Origin: Yuukianura sp. NJ FZ-2021
Taxonomy: Eukaryota
Direction: 5' to 3'
Assembly: GCA_046563655.1 (NCBI GenBank)
Contig: CM102289.1
Span: forward strand, 9,548,001-9,612,000
DNA: 64,000 nt
The notes beneath the pieces are model-generated. The model was not told the origin of the DNA. It saw only the letters and a program-made list of their open reading frames with translations, and ran no database searches. Within the stretch, counting starts at the first letter, position 1. Each line of letters begins with the position of its first letter. Shown here in pieces: positions 12,906-24,740 of this stretch. The position numbers and the translations under genes were made by a program.

Positions 12906-14164
12906 ATGCTTGGTGTTGGCGGATTCCTTTTGAAACGGTGTACCGGTGTGGAAGCATTTTCCTTCCTGCAAAGTCAACGTAAGTAATTGGCGTCAATTTC
13001 ATACTTTAGTAGATTGCTTAAGCATTTAAACGTTTTTCTTGTGCCATTCCAGGGAACCTGACGTTACTCGGGAGGAGTGGAAGAGGAATTTCAGCAGCAA
13101 CCGTCTCTTTATTCAGTACCGGAGGAATCACAGGTCAAATGAATTTGGAATCAGCAAAGAAATTAGCAGCATTCCGCGCTGTTGATGACCATATCCTTGT
13201 TAGTTTCTAGAAAACAATGCTATTAATTAGTAACTGTCATCTTTTAGTTTTGCTATTTTCATTTCAGAACAACCAGGTCGTGGGAATCGGAAGCGGAAGT
13301 ACCGTCGTGTATGCTGTGGAGAGAATAGGTAAGCTATTTAGCTTTTAACTTGAACTGATTTAGTATGCAAGGTCATAATTTTTCTGATCTTCTTTCTTAG
13401 CTCAGCGCGTGAAGGCTGAAGGTTTGAAGTTGATTTGCATTCCGACATCGTTTCAAGCCAAAAATCTAATCATTGACAATGGACTAGTCTACTCTGATCT
13501 GGATGTTCACCCGCAGGTTCTTGTTACCTAATTTTTAAGATTTAAGTTTCAACCTTCGTTTCTAACACTGAAGAATTGAGTAAGAATTTTTAAACCAGAT
13601 CGACGTGACAATTGATGGGTGTGACGAGTGTGATGAGAAATTGAACCTGATTAAAGGCGGAGGTGGATGTCAACTTCAGGAGAAAATTGTAGCCTCTGCT
13701 TCCAAGAAGCTGATCATCATCGCTGATCACACGTAATGATTGCGATTAAAGCAAGTTGAGAGAAAATGTGACCACTTCTTGCACTGTTTTGATTTTGCAG
13801 AAAGAAATCTACTTACCTTGGGCAGACTTGGACAAAAGGCGTACCACTGGAAGTATCAATGATTGGATGGAAGGTTGTTCTTAAAAAGCTGGAAGAGCTT
13901 GGAAAAGAACTAAACGTCCGCACGGAACCGCAGATCCGCCATGCAGCTAAGAAAATGGGACCAGTGGTTACTGATGGCGGGAACTTCATCGTGGATTTCC
14001 ATATTGGAAATGTCTTTGAGTCACAAAATGTACATTCACCCAAATCCCTTGACGCAGCACTCCGAGACATCCCGGGGATACTTGAGACTGGACTGTTCAT
14101 TGGAATGGCGGAACAGGTTTACTTTGGACATGACGACGGAACAGTCTCCACTAGACTTAAGTAA
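12906..14164 (+). CDS. RPIA: Ribose-5-phosphate isomerase A, multi-exon; in-frame upstream ATG 12906, core ATG 13139
   Basis: Motifs [72 protein letters not shown]. Confidence 0.95.
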
Positions 14165-14341
14165 AGGCTGGGCTTACAGAGCATGACTTAGTAGCACTTA
14201 GGACAGTAATGATGTTTATCTGATGTTAAAGCATTTTATACAGCTTTTAGTTAAATATGACATTGACATTGACATTACCGTATTTACAGAATTTAGCAAC
14301 TATGTTAGCACGAGAAATTTAGTCGGACGGTATTGACTGCT

Positions 14342-14806
14342 TTAAGATTCAGGATTTTGGATAACAATCATGGCGTAGTCCTTGTCTGCAAGCAAAAAAA
14401 TACTTAAAACTTGTTCCTACTTTTCAGTAATCGTTTCTGTGAGTGCTAAATTGTACCTGGAGCTACCAATACTTCGTGTTTCTTTGTTCTGAGCCGAATA
14501 AATGAGAGATCATTGGTGTTGTCCATCTCCTTGATCATAGCACGAGCCTTTTCAATGATCAACTGCATCTCACAGGCATACTGAATGCTGACATTGTTCT
14601 CAATGGTGGACTTGATTGGAATACCATCTGAGTTGATAATTACTACACCAACTACGCCCTTATGATTTGATAGCCGTTTGATATACTCGTCAATTTCGTT
14701 TGCCTAAATCAAAATAGGTAGATAGAACAAGAAATTTCAGAATTCATTTCAAAATTTTGGTTCTGGTAATTTTTTCACATTGATTTTAGATTCTATGACT
14801 CACCAT
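14342..14806 (-). CDS. DYNLRB: Dynein light chain roadblock-type, 3 exons
   Basis: ATG|gtgag; ANEIDEYIKRLSNHKGVVGVVIINSDGIPIKSTIE...DNTNDLSFIRLRTKKHEVLVAP|DKDYAMIVIQNPES*; absent from the ORF track. Confidence 0.92.
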
Positions 14807-15222
14807 GACCTCTGACCTTCGTTACGACACAGATATGACCAAACAATGACAAGTGGTAGTTGGATTCTTGACAGCAAAATGTACCTGTCACGATCAGCGA
14901 CGCTGAATCAGCGATGACCAATACCAATCAATTGATTTATTGACAAAACACAAAAAGAAAAATGAAAAAAGTTTTTCAAAGCTGTCAAAATTTACTTTTG
15001 ACTTTCGCGGGTGAGAATCTCATTGTGCCCCAAAAAAGTTTCCTCCGAGAAAAAGCGCGATTTTTAAAATGGCATTGTCTTTCTTATGGTTATGAATTTT
15101 TTCAAATTAGAAATTGACTAATCCTACGAATTTCGTAAAATTACTCAACATTTACCGGATTTCTTTATTTAAAAACGTTTTTCGTTTACCAATTTCGGAA
15201 ATCGTAGGATAATTAGAAGTTT

Positions 15223-18200
15223 TTACTTTTGTAATTTATCCCCTTCTTTAGCAATTTTGATTTCATGATGAACAGAATCCTTAGTAGATGCTGCAGTACG
15301 TTCTGAAAACGTTTCAGAATTGCCAAAGTGAAAAATGTCAGCAGATTGTGTACCGTCTGGTCGACCTTGTTCAACAGTTTTGTAAAATTCAGTTGACTTT
15401 GGCCTATCTACTCCAGATTCTGCTGTGGTTGACTCCAAATGTTTCGAGTAGTGACCGAATTCAAATGCCTCTGATTTTTCCCGGTCATAACTTTTCCAAG
15501 ACCGTTCTTCACGAAAAGTCTCTTTGTTATAAAATTTTCCAACCTGAGGTGAATCGGTACGAGCGCGAATGAATTGAATCGGCGTGGTGGTGACAGAAAC
15601 GTATTTGGTAGGTGATACGGATCGTCGTACTTGCAGTTCTTCGTCATGCTCAACTGGACTTTCTATTGGACGAAGATAGAACTTGCATTCTTCCGTTTTA
15701 GTCATAGTTGTCGTCAGTTGTTTGTGTTTTTGAAGTGTATCGGATATCGGTTCGGCCACTTTGAAATTCATTTGGTCTGTCGTGATTTTTTCAGGTTCGG
15801 CCGTCTTCCGAATCGGTTTTGGAGGCGGAACCGGTTTCTGGGCAATCGGTTTTGCAATTGGTTTAGGTGGTGGCACGGGTTTCTGAAAACGGAAATTCAA
15901 AATTTCATAAAATTTCAAAATCGCTTTTTAAATTTCAAAATACTGAACCTCTAAGTTTGTCGACTTTGGTCGTGGTTCGTCCCAAGTTTTGGCGGTAAAA
16001 GTGGTCGGGCGGAATTCATACGCCGACATTGGACGGTTTTGTCTCGAACTTGGTGGAATCCAAATCGGTTCGATTTTGAACGACTCATAATCTGATTCAT
16101 AGTCGGATTCAGTAAATTTGGCGGGAACAAATTTCGTTGGACGCCGGATTCCCGCTGCATTGTTTGAATTTGAAGCAGCACTTTCTGGACGTGAATCTAA
16201 AAATGCTGGGCATACTGGAGATATTACTGGAGAGTCCACGCCATGACAGGAAACATGCTCAGAGTAGTTCGTCTGGAAATTTCTACTGACTGAATCGTAT
16301 TTTGAAGTTTCACGAACCGAACTGATTCGATACGCCGGTCCGGCTGGAGAAACCGGAGTGTCGTCAGGGTTACCTTCAAAAAGTTGACGAAAATGACCAA
16401 CCTTCCCTCTGGCGGGAAATTCCACTTGGATTGGCACAGTTCTTGGTGAGTGCGGCTGAATTTGAGTTTCCCGCTCTTCTTTTGTCTCAGTTTCAAACAT
16501 TTTCCGGTAGTCCTTGACTTTTTTCCGGGGAAATGTTTCATAACTTCGGTTTTTGGCACTAATTTCATTTGTTTCCTCGGGAAAATCAACTCTAGTTGTC
16601 ACTGTTTCTTCGAAGTTGTCAAAAAATCGTTTCGTTGTGGTCACAACGGATTTCGGACTTTTGAGTTCGGCCGGAATTCGGTTTGAACTGTCTTCAGTTG
16701 GTTTGACCTTGACTTCTCTCCATTCATTGGATAAACGGCGTCGAGGAGGAGGAGCTTGTTTTTGATTGGTCGGAGTAGCACTCTCTATGTTGATTTGACT
16801 GTTTAACGCGTTCACCAACTCCAATACAGATGGACGTCTGTCTTCAGATACTTTATCCTGAAAAAAAATTGTAAATTTTTAGAAATTTTTGAAAAGTAAT
16901 AAATTTTTAGAAGTTTTTGAAATTCTAAAGTTAGTTTAAATTGGACCAACATTCTGAAATTTGTTGTCTGGTTCTTGCACATTCGACTGAGTCGAAAAGT
17001 TGCGTAGAAGTTGCGGTGATGCTTCGTGCGTTTGCGTGATGCTGTCAAATTGCAATTTCGGTTCCTGGTTCGTTCCTGTCGTTTCGTAAGTCGTTTCAGA
17101 CTCTTTGCAAGTTAAAATTCGTTTTTTGGAAATGAGTTCCGGTGATTCAGATTTAACAGAAGTTTGAGTTTCAGAAGTCAAAAGTAATTTCGCAGGGCTT
17201 TCTGGTCTCAAGTTTCCAAGGTCACCGGCAGCATTGACCTCCGAAGTTTTGGGCATGTCACTTTGAACAGATTTCTCCGAAACTTCAACTTCATGTTCAG
17301 GAAGTGTTGGCGTCTGCGTTTGAATTGTGGAGAGTAGTTTTGCAGGTTGTTGCATCACTAGAACAATTGGTTCTGGAGATTTTTCAGTCAGCGTCTGTGT
17401 TTCAGAGTTGGCAATGATCTTGGCATCTCTCTCGGACGTTTGTGTTTGCATTGTGGACTGCTCAAAGATTGTTTGCACTTCGTGGTCTGAAACGGCCGAA
17501 AAATAATCAGCGATTGGTTCAGCGAAAGCGAAATTATTCGGGTTTTGAGAAACAGAATGTTCACGTCGCTGATTTTCTTGAGTCGGCGCATTGCCGTTGG
17601 GCGGCAAAAGTACTTCTTGCCTAATTACTTCTGTAATTGTTGTTGATTCTATCAAAAAAAAATCACAAATTATTGAATTACAAATTACATAATTGCAATA
17701 TGAATTACATACGAATTGTTTATACTATGATATGTTATATTATTAGTATATTATATATTATATTTTAATATTTATATATTTATATAGCAATATTACGGAA
17801 AATGTTGCGTTCCAACTCCATAATTTCGCGAATGTACAGAATCCGATCCGGTTTTTGAATTAATTCATAAAATTGGAGGCATTGCAGAATTTTGTTTTTC
17901 TTTTCGTACATTTTCTCGATGAGTTCCAGCGGCGGATTATCCATTTCCTGTAATAAGTAAAAAAAAATTTTTTTTTTGAATTTCAAAAATTTTTTGATTT
18001 TTTAGCTTTTTTCATATTCATACTTCTACTATTGCTTCAAATTTTTGAAAATCCCGCAAATCACTTCGAGCGGTATCCAGGTTTTCCGGAAGCGGGAAAT
18101 CCAAAGTTTTGAATAAATGTTCCAAATGCTCCTCTCTCAATTTTTGAGCTTCCAGTGCTTCCCTTTCCGCTGCTTTTCGTTTTTCTTCAGCGTCAAATCG

Positions 18201-21200
18201 CTGTTGAGCTTCAAGGTCAAGTTGGATTTGAATTTCACGGTGACGCTGCAGTTCCAGCGCCTGCCTTCGCTGTTCTTCCAGCGCTTGTTGCTTTTGCTCT
18301 TCTGTTTTTCGCTGATTTTCTAACTCAGTTTGACGTTGCTTTTCAACTTCAATCTTTTGACGTTCAAAATCAAGTGCTTTTTGACGTTCAAAATCAAGTT
18401 GTTCCAGCTCATGTCGCTTCTGCTCCAGCTCCAGCTCCAATTGCTGTTCAAGCACTTTGTTTTGACGTTCACGATCTAAGTTAGCTTGACGAAGTTGACG
18501 TAGACGTTCGTTCTCTACGTCAATTTCAAGTTGACGCAAAAGCTCAGCCTCACGAAGACGTTGACGTTCGAGGTCTTCCAATTGCCGTTTTTGCTCAGCT
18601 TCGGCCCTTTGACGCTCCAATTCTTCCAATTGACGTTGCCGTTCATCGTTGATTCGTCGCTGATTCTCTTCAAGTTGACGCATGCGCTCTTCTTCTGCGG
18701 CTTTTTGCCTTGCTACTTCTTCCAATTGACGTAGCCGCTCCTGTTCAACTTTTTGACGTTCTAGTTCAAGTTCATGACGTATTCGCTCCGCTTCGGCTTT
18801 TTGTTTCTGCAGGGCGTCAAGTTGACGTTGACGGTCGGCCTCTAATTGCCGCTCGTGCGTTTCCAGTTGACGTTGTCGCTCGTCATCTTCTTTTTGTCGC
18901 TGAAGTTCTAGGAGTTTGCGCTGTTGCGTCAATTCTTGCTTTTGACGTTGAAGTTCCTCTTGGATAAGTTGACGTTGTGCTTCTTCCAGTACAAGTTGTT
19001 GCTGAAGTTGCTGCTCGAGCTGCTGTTGGTGAAATTCGGCTTCGGCTCGTCGCTGCTCAAGTTCCATTTCGGCTTGACGTCGTTTTTCCTCTATTTCGGA
19101 TTGTTGACGTCTTAGTTCCTCTTCGGCTTGTTGACGGTTTTGCTCAATTTCGGCCTGTTGACGCCTCAACTGGTCTTCAGCTTGTTGAAGTATCAGCTGA
19201 GCTTGGGCTTGTTGACGCATCAATTCTGCTTCGGCTTGTTGACGTATTCGTTCTGCTTCGGCTTGTTGACGTTCAAGATCAGCTTGTTGACGTCTAAGTT
19301 CAGCCTCTTGACGTAAACGATCTGCTTCAGCTTCTTGACGTAAACGTTCTGCTTCATCTTGTTGACGTTTAACTTCTGCTTCAGTTTGGAGACGTAACTG
19401 TTCAGCTTCAGCTTGTTGACGTCTCACTTCTGCCTCAACTTGTTGACGTATTTGTTCTGCTTCAGCTTGTTGACGTCTAAATTCCTCTTCACTCCGCAAT
19501 TCTTCCAGCTTTTCCTGTTTTTCGTTTTCCGCGTTGATTTGTTCTTCCAAACGAGTTTGAGGAGGGCCGCTGTGCAATCCATACGATTCTTCAACCAGAA
19601 TTTGTTCCTCAAGTTCATTCAAATTTTCAGTTTCCCGCTCTTGTAATTGAACTTCCAATTTGGCAGGTTCATTGCCCTCGTTCAGGTCACTGTCTCTTGC
19701 TGTTTGACGCAAACGAAGCAACTTGTTGTGAGCTTCTCTCGTGTCCAATGTAGGGTCCTACAAAATCAAAACATAAATATAAGTCTGGTATTACTTAATA
19801 AAAAGTAATAAAAATGACCGATAATTATTAGATGCTAATTAATGGGTTACTTTTAAGATTTAAAAAAAGCACGATTTTGGTCTGAAACCCTCTAAAATGT
19901 TGTTAATTCTTCATTTATAAAAAATTTTGTTTTTGTCCAACACCACCAAACCTTCCAATTTTCTACAGAAGGACTTTTGGAAAAAGTCAGGATTAGGCTA
20001 ACAAATTCACTACAGTGCATTTTCCTTTTTTATGGAAATTTAAAAAATTCCAAAATATTGTTTTTCTGAAACACCATCACACCTTCTAACTTTCTACAGA
20101 AGGACTTTTGGATAAAGTCAGGATTAGGCTAACAAATTCACTACAGTGCATTTTCCTTTTTTATGGAAATTTAAAAAATTCCAAAATATTGTTTTTCTGA
20201 AACACCATCACACCTTCTAACTTTCTACAGAAGGACTTTTGGAAAAAGTCAGGATTAGGCTAACAAATTCACTAAAGTGTATTTTCCTTTTATATGAAAA
20301 TTTAAAAAATTCCAAGATATTGTTTTTCTGAAACACCATCACACCTTCTAACCTTCTACAGGAGGACTTTTAGAAAAAGTCAGCATGTCGAAAAAAATTG
20401 CTAAAGAAAACTTGTGAAGGATGGAGGGGCCAGAGCGAAGGCCCAATACGGACGCTTAGTATGCTGTTAATTCCAACAAAGTAAACATCAAGAACAAAAA
20501 TGTGAGTACCCAATTGCAGATAGTTTCGATGTGGCCCTCACTGAACGCAGTTGGATTTTCCACCATGGCGTCAAATTTCTTTTGAATTTCGTATCTCGTT
20601 GCGACAGTTTCCCTTAAAGGATTCGGAACTTCAGCACGGCAGCAAAGATCTGAAGAAAGCACAGCAGCATAGGAATTTTCAAATCCAGGAGCATCCAGGA
20701 CGTTGTTGGCGCTCAAAAATTTTGCAACGGCTTCAGCTCGATTCAAAAGTTCACTAAAATGTTGACATTTTGCACTCAGAGTGGCTCTTTTTGGAAGTTC
20801 TTCATCTTTGTCAAAGTTTTGCAAAACGTCTTCAATGTTCTTAATCTTTTCTTTCAGAATCTACCCAAAAAACGAAAATTAGAAAAACGCTTTTGTTTCC
20901 AAATTTTGTATTTCACTAACCAAAATTTCTGATTCTTTTGCTGCAGACGATCCCAGACTCGTGTATCGGACTTCCACATCTTTCATTTCATCCTCAAAAT
21001 ACTCAAACAGCGATTTCAGTGAACCGGTTTTTGCAGCGCGAATTTGAGCTAGCGCTGAAGCAATGTCCAGACCAGGATCCTGTGTACAAAAAGCAGAAAT
21101 TTTTGAAAAAAATTACTGGAAATGTTGAACTGAGTTCAAAGTTTTTGTTTTCTTGCCAAATTGAGTAATTTTTCAATGGCTTCGTCTTCATAATCGAACG

Positions 21201-22797
21201 GATTTTCCAAAATGGTTTCAAAATTATTTCGAGCCTCTAGTCTTTTTTCGAGGCGTGATTTAAGTTCATCTGCGTTGTTCAATCCAAAAGTATCCATCAA
21301 TTTGAGTTTTTCTTCATAAACATGTTTGAAGTTGGGTTGTGCCAAAATTGTGGTGGTTTGAAGAAAATGTTTAATTTCTTGTTCCAGTTCCATGACTATG
21401 GTCACTCTCTCAACCAAATTGAAAATTAGTCGCTGGAGATGCAATTTGTGGGATTCTGTGGTCTCGGATTTGTCTACACGCGAAGACAAATGGAGAAGAG
21501 AGTTACGAATCTCCTAAAAATTACAAAAATTACAGAAACCTCAAAATTAAAATCAATTGATAACTCGAAAAACCCATTTTCAGCTAAATTCTGCAAACAT
21601 TTTGCAATTTTTCAACCTTCCTAAACATCAACTTTTGCAATAATTGTAGAATTGTTCCCTTAGAAACTCAGAATTTTTAGAATTTGTGTAAAAAATTTTT
21701 TCAAAATTTTAACAGGATTGTGCTTACTTGAGGATCATGTCCAGCTTGAAATTTGGCTTCAATTTCCTGGATGATCCGTTCGTATTCCTTGGCATTCAAA
21801 TTTTGACGGTCTTTGCTTGCAATTAATTTCACTCCTTTCGTCCATTCTTGTCGAGCTGCTTGAAGTTCATCCAACCAAATGTATACAAGTCCAATTGCTA
21901 AAAAATGAAAATTGAAAAGTCAAAAACTGAAATTTGAGTTTCAAAATTTTGAAGTTACAGTAAGAAGCTTCGTCAGGTTCATCCTTGACAACATGTTTCA
22001 ATTTGTCAATTAGTCTTCTGCCGTCTTCAACTGCGTATCGGTAGGTCACTAAAACAATCTTCTTGTCTTGATTTAGTTGAGTGAAATAGTCAATACAGTT
22101 TGACCGATTCCTGAAAACAAAATTTTATGGACAAAAGTTTGCAAAAAAAAAAGTTTGAAAATTCATTTACGTATGAAATTCGAAAGCCTTTTTCAAAATT
22201 TGTCTCCTTAAATCCAAAGTTGCGTTGACATCTTTCCAGGCAATTCCAAGAGACGCTGCCATTGCTTTATAAACTTGCGGATTTTTGGTTGGACCAACCT
22301 TGTCTGCTTGCAAAAGCATTTCTTCTACTGGGGTCTGTTTTCCCTGAAAAAATAAAAACGAAAATTTGGAAACACTTTTTCGAAAATTGAAAATTTTTTA
22401 GTCTGTTACTTTCAATTTCTCCATAACTTGTTCATGTTGTTTCAGCATTTCCTCAGAATCAGAAGTATTTCTTGCTATACTGCCCAGTTTTGGCGCCATT
22501 TCCAAAATTCTTAAGTTTATAAAATGTCCACTCTAACAAAAACCAAAAACAATAAAATAGACAAATGTTAGTTAACTTTTAATTAAGTTTTCCAATTGCA
22601 AAATTTTCTAAAATTTTGAATTTGAAATTTCTAAATTTTTGGTTTTTGTTTACTTGAAGTACGGCTATGACCGCCCGTGTTTTTCCTGATTCGATTGCAA
22701 TTGTTGAAATGGTGGTCGTTTCCGGGTAACAATTAAGTGCAGGCTCTGCATTTCCCTCCATGTTGCCCAATCTCAAAATCGTCTCAGCCGTGGCCAT
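15223..22797 (-). CDS. Zormin/CCDC141-like protein: spectrin-like N-terminus, E/Q/R-rich helical segment, ESDYESD motif; multi-exon
   Basis: Spliced N-terminus TTTISTIAIESGKTRAVIAVLQ|SGHFINLRILEMAPKL...EMLKQHEQVMEKLK|...VYKAMAASLGIAWKDVNATLDLRRQIL resembles the CCDC141/Zormin N-terminus; C-terminal RPTKFVPAKFTESDYESDYESFKIEPIWIP resembles a Zormin motif (from recall). Internal exon borders approximate. Confidence 0.7.
19935..20385. repeat. Intronic tandem repeat, 131-bp period, ~3.5 copies
   Basis: CTACAGAAGGACTTTTGG at 19963, 20094 and 20225, variant at 20356. Confidence 0.92.
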
Positions 22798-24250
22798 TAC
22801 AACTATCACAGAAGCCTAAAACTTTTCAAAACAACTTTTCAAAATTTGGAATGAAGTGCAAAACTGTGCACTTACGACCTACATTTTTCAGTTTCTATTA
22901 GTAGTGATGTTCTAATGGGAAAATAGAAAGCGTCATCACTTTACACAATTTGGAAAAAGACCTCAAGATTCCTTTCGTTAAAAATACAAAACCGTAGGCG
23001 GTCCGAGACACAGCGACGCTCAACTCAAACTGAAACTAAAATTCTTGGAATTTGGTTTACTTTTTCTCAACGCTTAAAGCGTCTTTTAGCATTACCAGAC
23101 TGGTAATGGTGCTAACACAATTGGAAAAGACTAAAAATCGACTAAAAGATCATCTCCCATCGGTATATTGGTGTGAACCAGATGTGCAATTTCGAGGTTG
23201 TCTAAAAATAGTACTTTTTTTTTTTAAAAAAATAGTCTACTTTTCAGAATCTTGAAGGTAACAAAAGTACTATAAGCCAAACACTTTCAAGGATTGACTG
23301 GACCAGAGATGCTGGGCGGTCGTCTACTTTAAAAAAAATGAAATTTTGAAAAAAAAAGTGTTTAGTAAACATTGTCCCTGTGTAACATTAGCTAGTTTTA
23401 AAAGTGAAAAATTTGGAAAGTGGAAATGAGGCAAGACGCGTGGTTGCAGGATGAAGCAATTTAAAAAAAAAGTTTTATTTTTTTTAAAAAAAGTGTTTAT
23501 GTTTAGAACAAGGTTTGAAATGAACGACTGAGGGTTTCTATTCATAACAAACACGTAAATCACTGCTACTGTTTGCATTTGGAAAAGTAATTGATTGGCG
23601 GTAAAATGGAACAACCAGCAAACTATCGACGGATGAACGCTTCCTTCTGGACTGGAGCCAAATTTCAAAATTTAAAACCAGAAAAATCTATCATCTTTAA
23701 CCCAAATAGCACACAACAATTTTTACTTTTGTTTTTTTTCCAAAGGACGCTGCGTCGATGTTTTGTTTCTTCGTGTACGAAAGAAACTGTTTATTGAAAA
23801 CCCGTAAAAAATTCATATTTACAGTAACGTTTTACGGATTTTTACAATAAAGGCGGCGATTTTAAAACTGATGCAAAGTATGCAAATCTTTGAGTAATCT
23901 GTGTGTTTTTTTTTTGCATTTGTCGTCATTTTTATAGATGTGTTTACTTAACCAACTTTTGAGCATAAAGTGCGTTCCAGTGAAGAAGTAATTAGTTTTT
24001 GCATAAGTTTTGCAAAAACCAGGTTGTAGACAACAACCTATACTATCCTTACAATTTGTAGTATAGTTAGGTTTGTAGAAGTTTTTTTTTTCGCTAGTTC
24101 TGTCGTCAGTTCACCTTGGAAGGTGACACAGAACTGTTACTGAAACAAAAACTGCTGTTTGGCGTTATCGTTTTAGTTGAGCTGACACAATTTCGCAATG
24201 TCAGAGGTCGTTGACCTTGAAAAATTACTTTAACCGTATGGGTGCCACTG

Positions 24251-24510
24251 GTGTCACAATTTGTGACACACGTCGGAGTAGTGCCAAATTTTTGAAAGAA
24301 ATTGTGACGTAGAAGGTGGGGGATTTTATATGTCACGGGAAATATTTTTGGCTGCACAAACGGACCCCAAACAACACCCTACACGCCTCCATATGCAGAG
24401 GCGGATTTTTTAAAATAAAAGCGTCAAAATTTTGCCATACATTCCCCTGTGTCACAATTTGTGACACCCAGGGTCAACACGCGTTGTCAGCTGTGTCACA
24501 ATTTGTGACA
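24251..24510. promoter_or_regulatory. Three copies of the palindrome GTGTCACAATTTGTGACAC upstream of the H3-like gene
   Basis: Copies at 24251-24269, 24449-24467 and 24493-24510; regulatory role is inferred only. Confidence 0.5.
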
Positions 24511-24740
24511 ACTTTTTTTATGAAGACTAGCCTATGGTACTTTTTGTGCCTCGACTAGTAGCACCGACCGTGACAAAACCGATGGTAGCCGTACGGTTAA
24601 AAGGTAACGCAATAAAATAATATAGCTAACTTATTCATAATTATTGAGTTGTGCTCAATGGAGTTATGCATAAGGTACAGAAAGTTCTGGTGATGCGAAC
24701 CATTTTTTTTTGTTCTTTTTATTTACAGTAAACTGTAGAA

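Noticed and set aside
18117..19646. Multiple plus-strand ORFs
   Set aside because: Antisense shadows of the low-complexity E/Q/R exon
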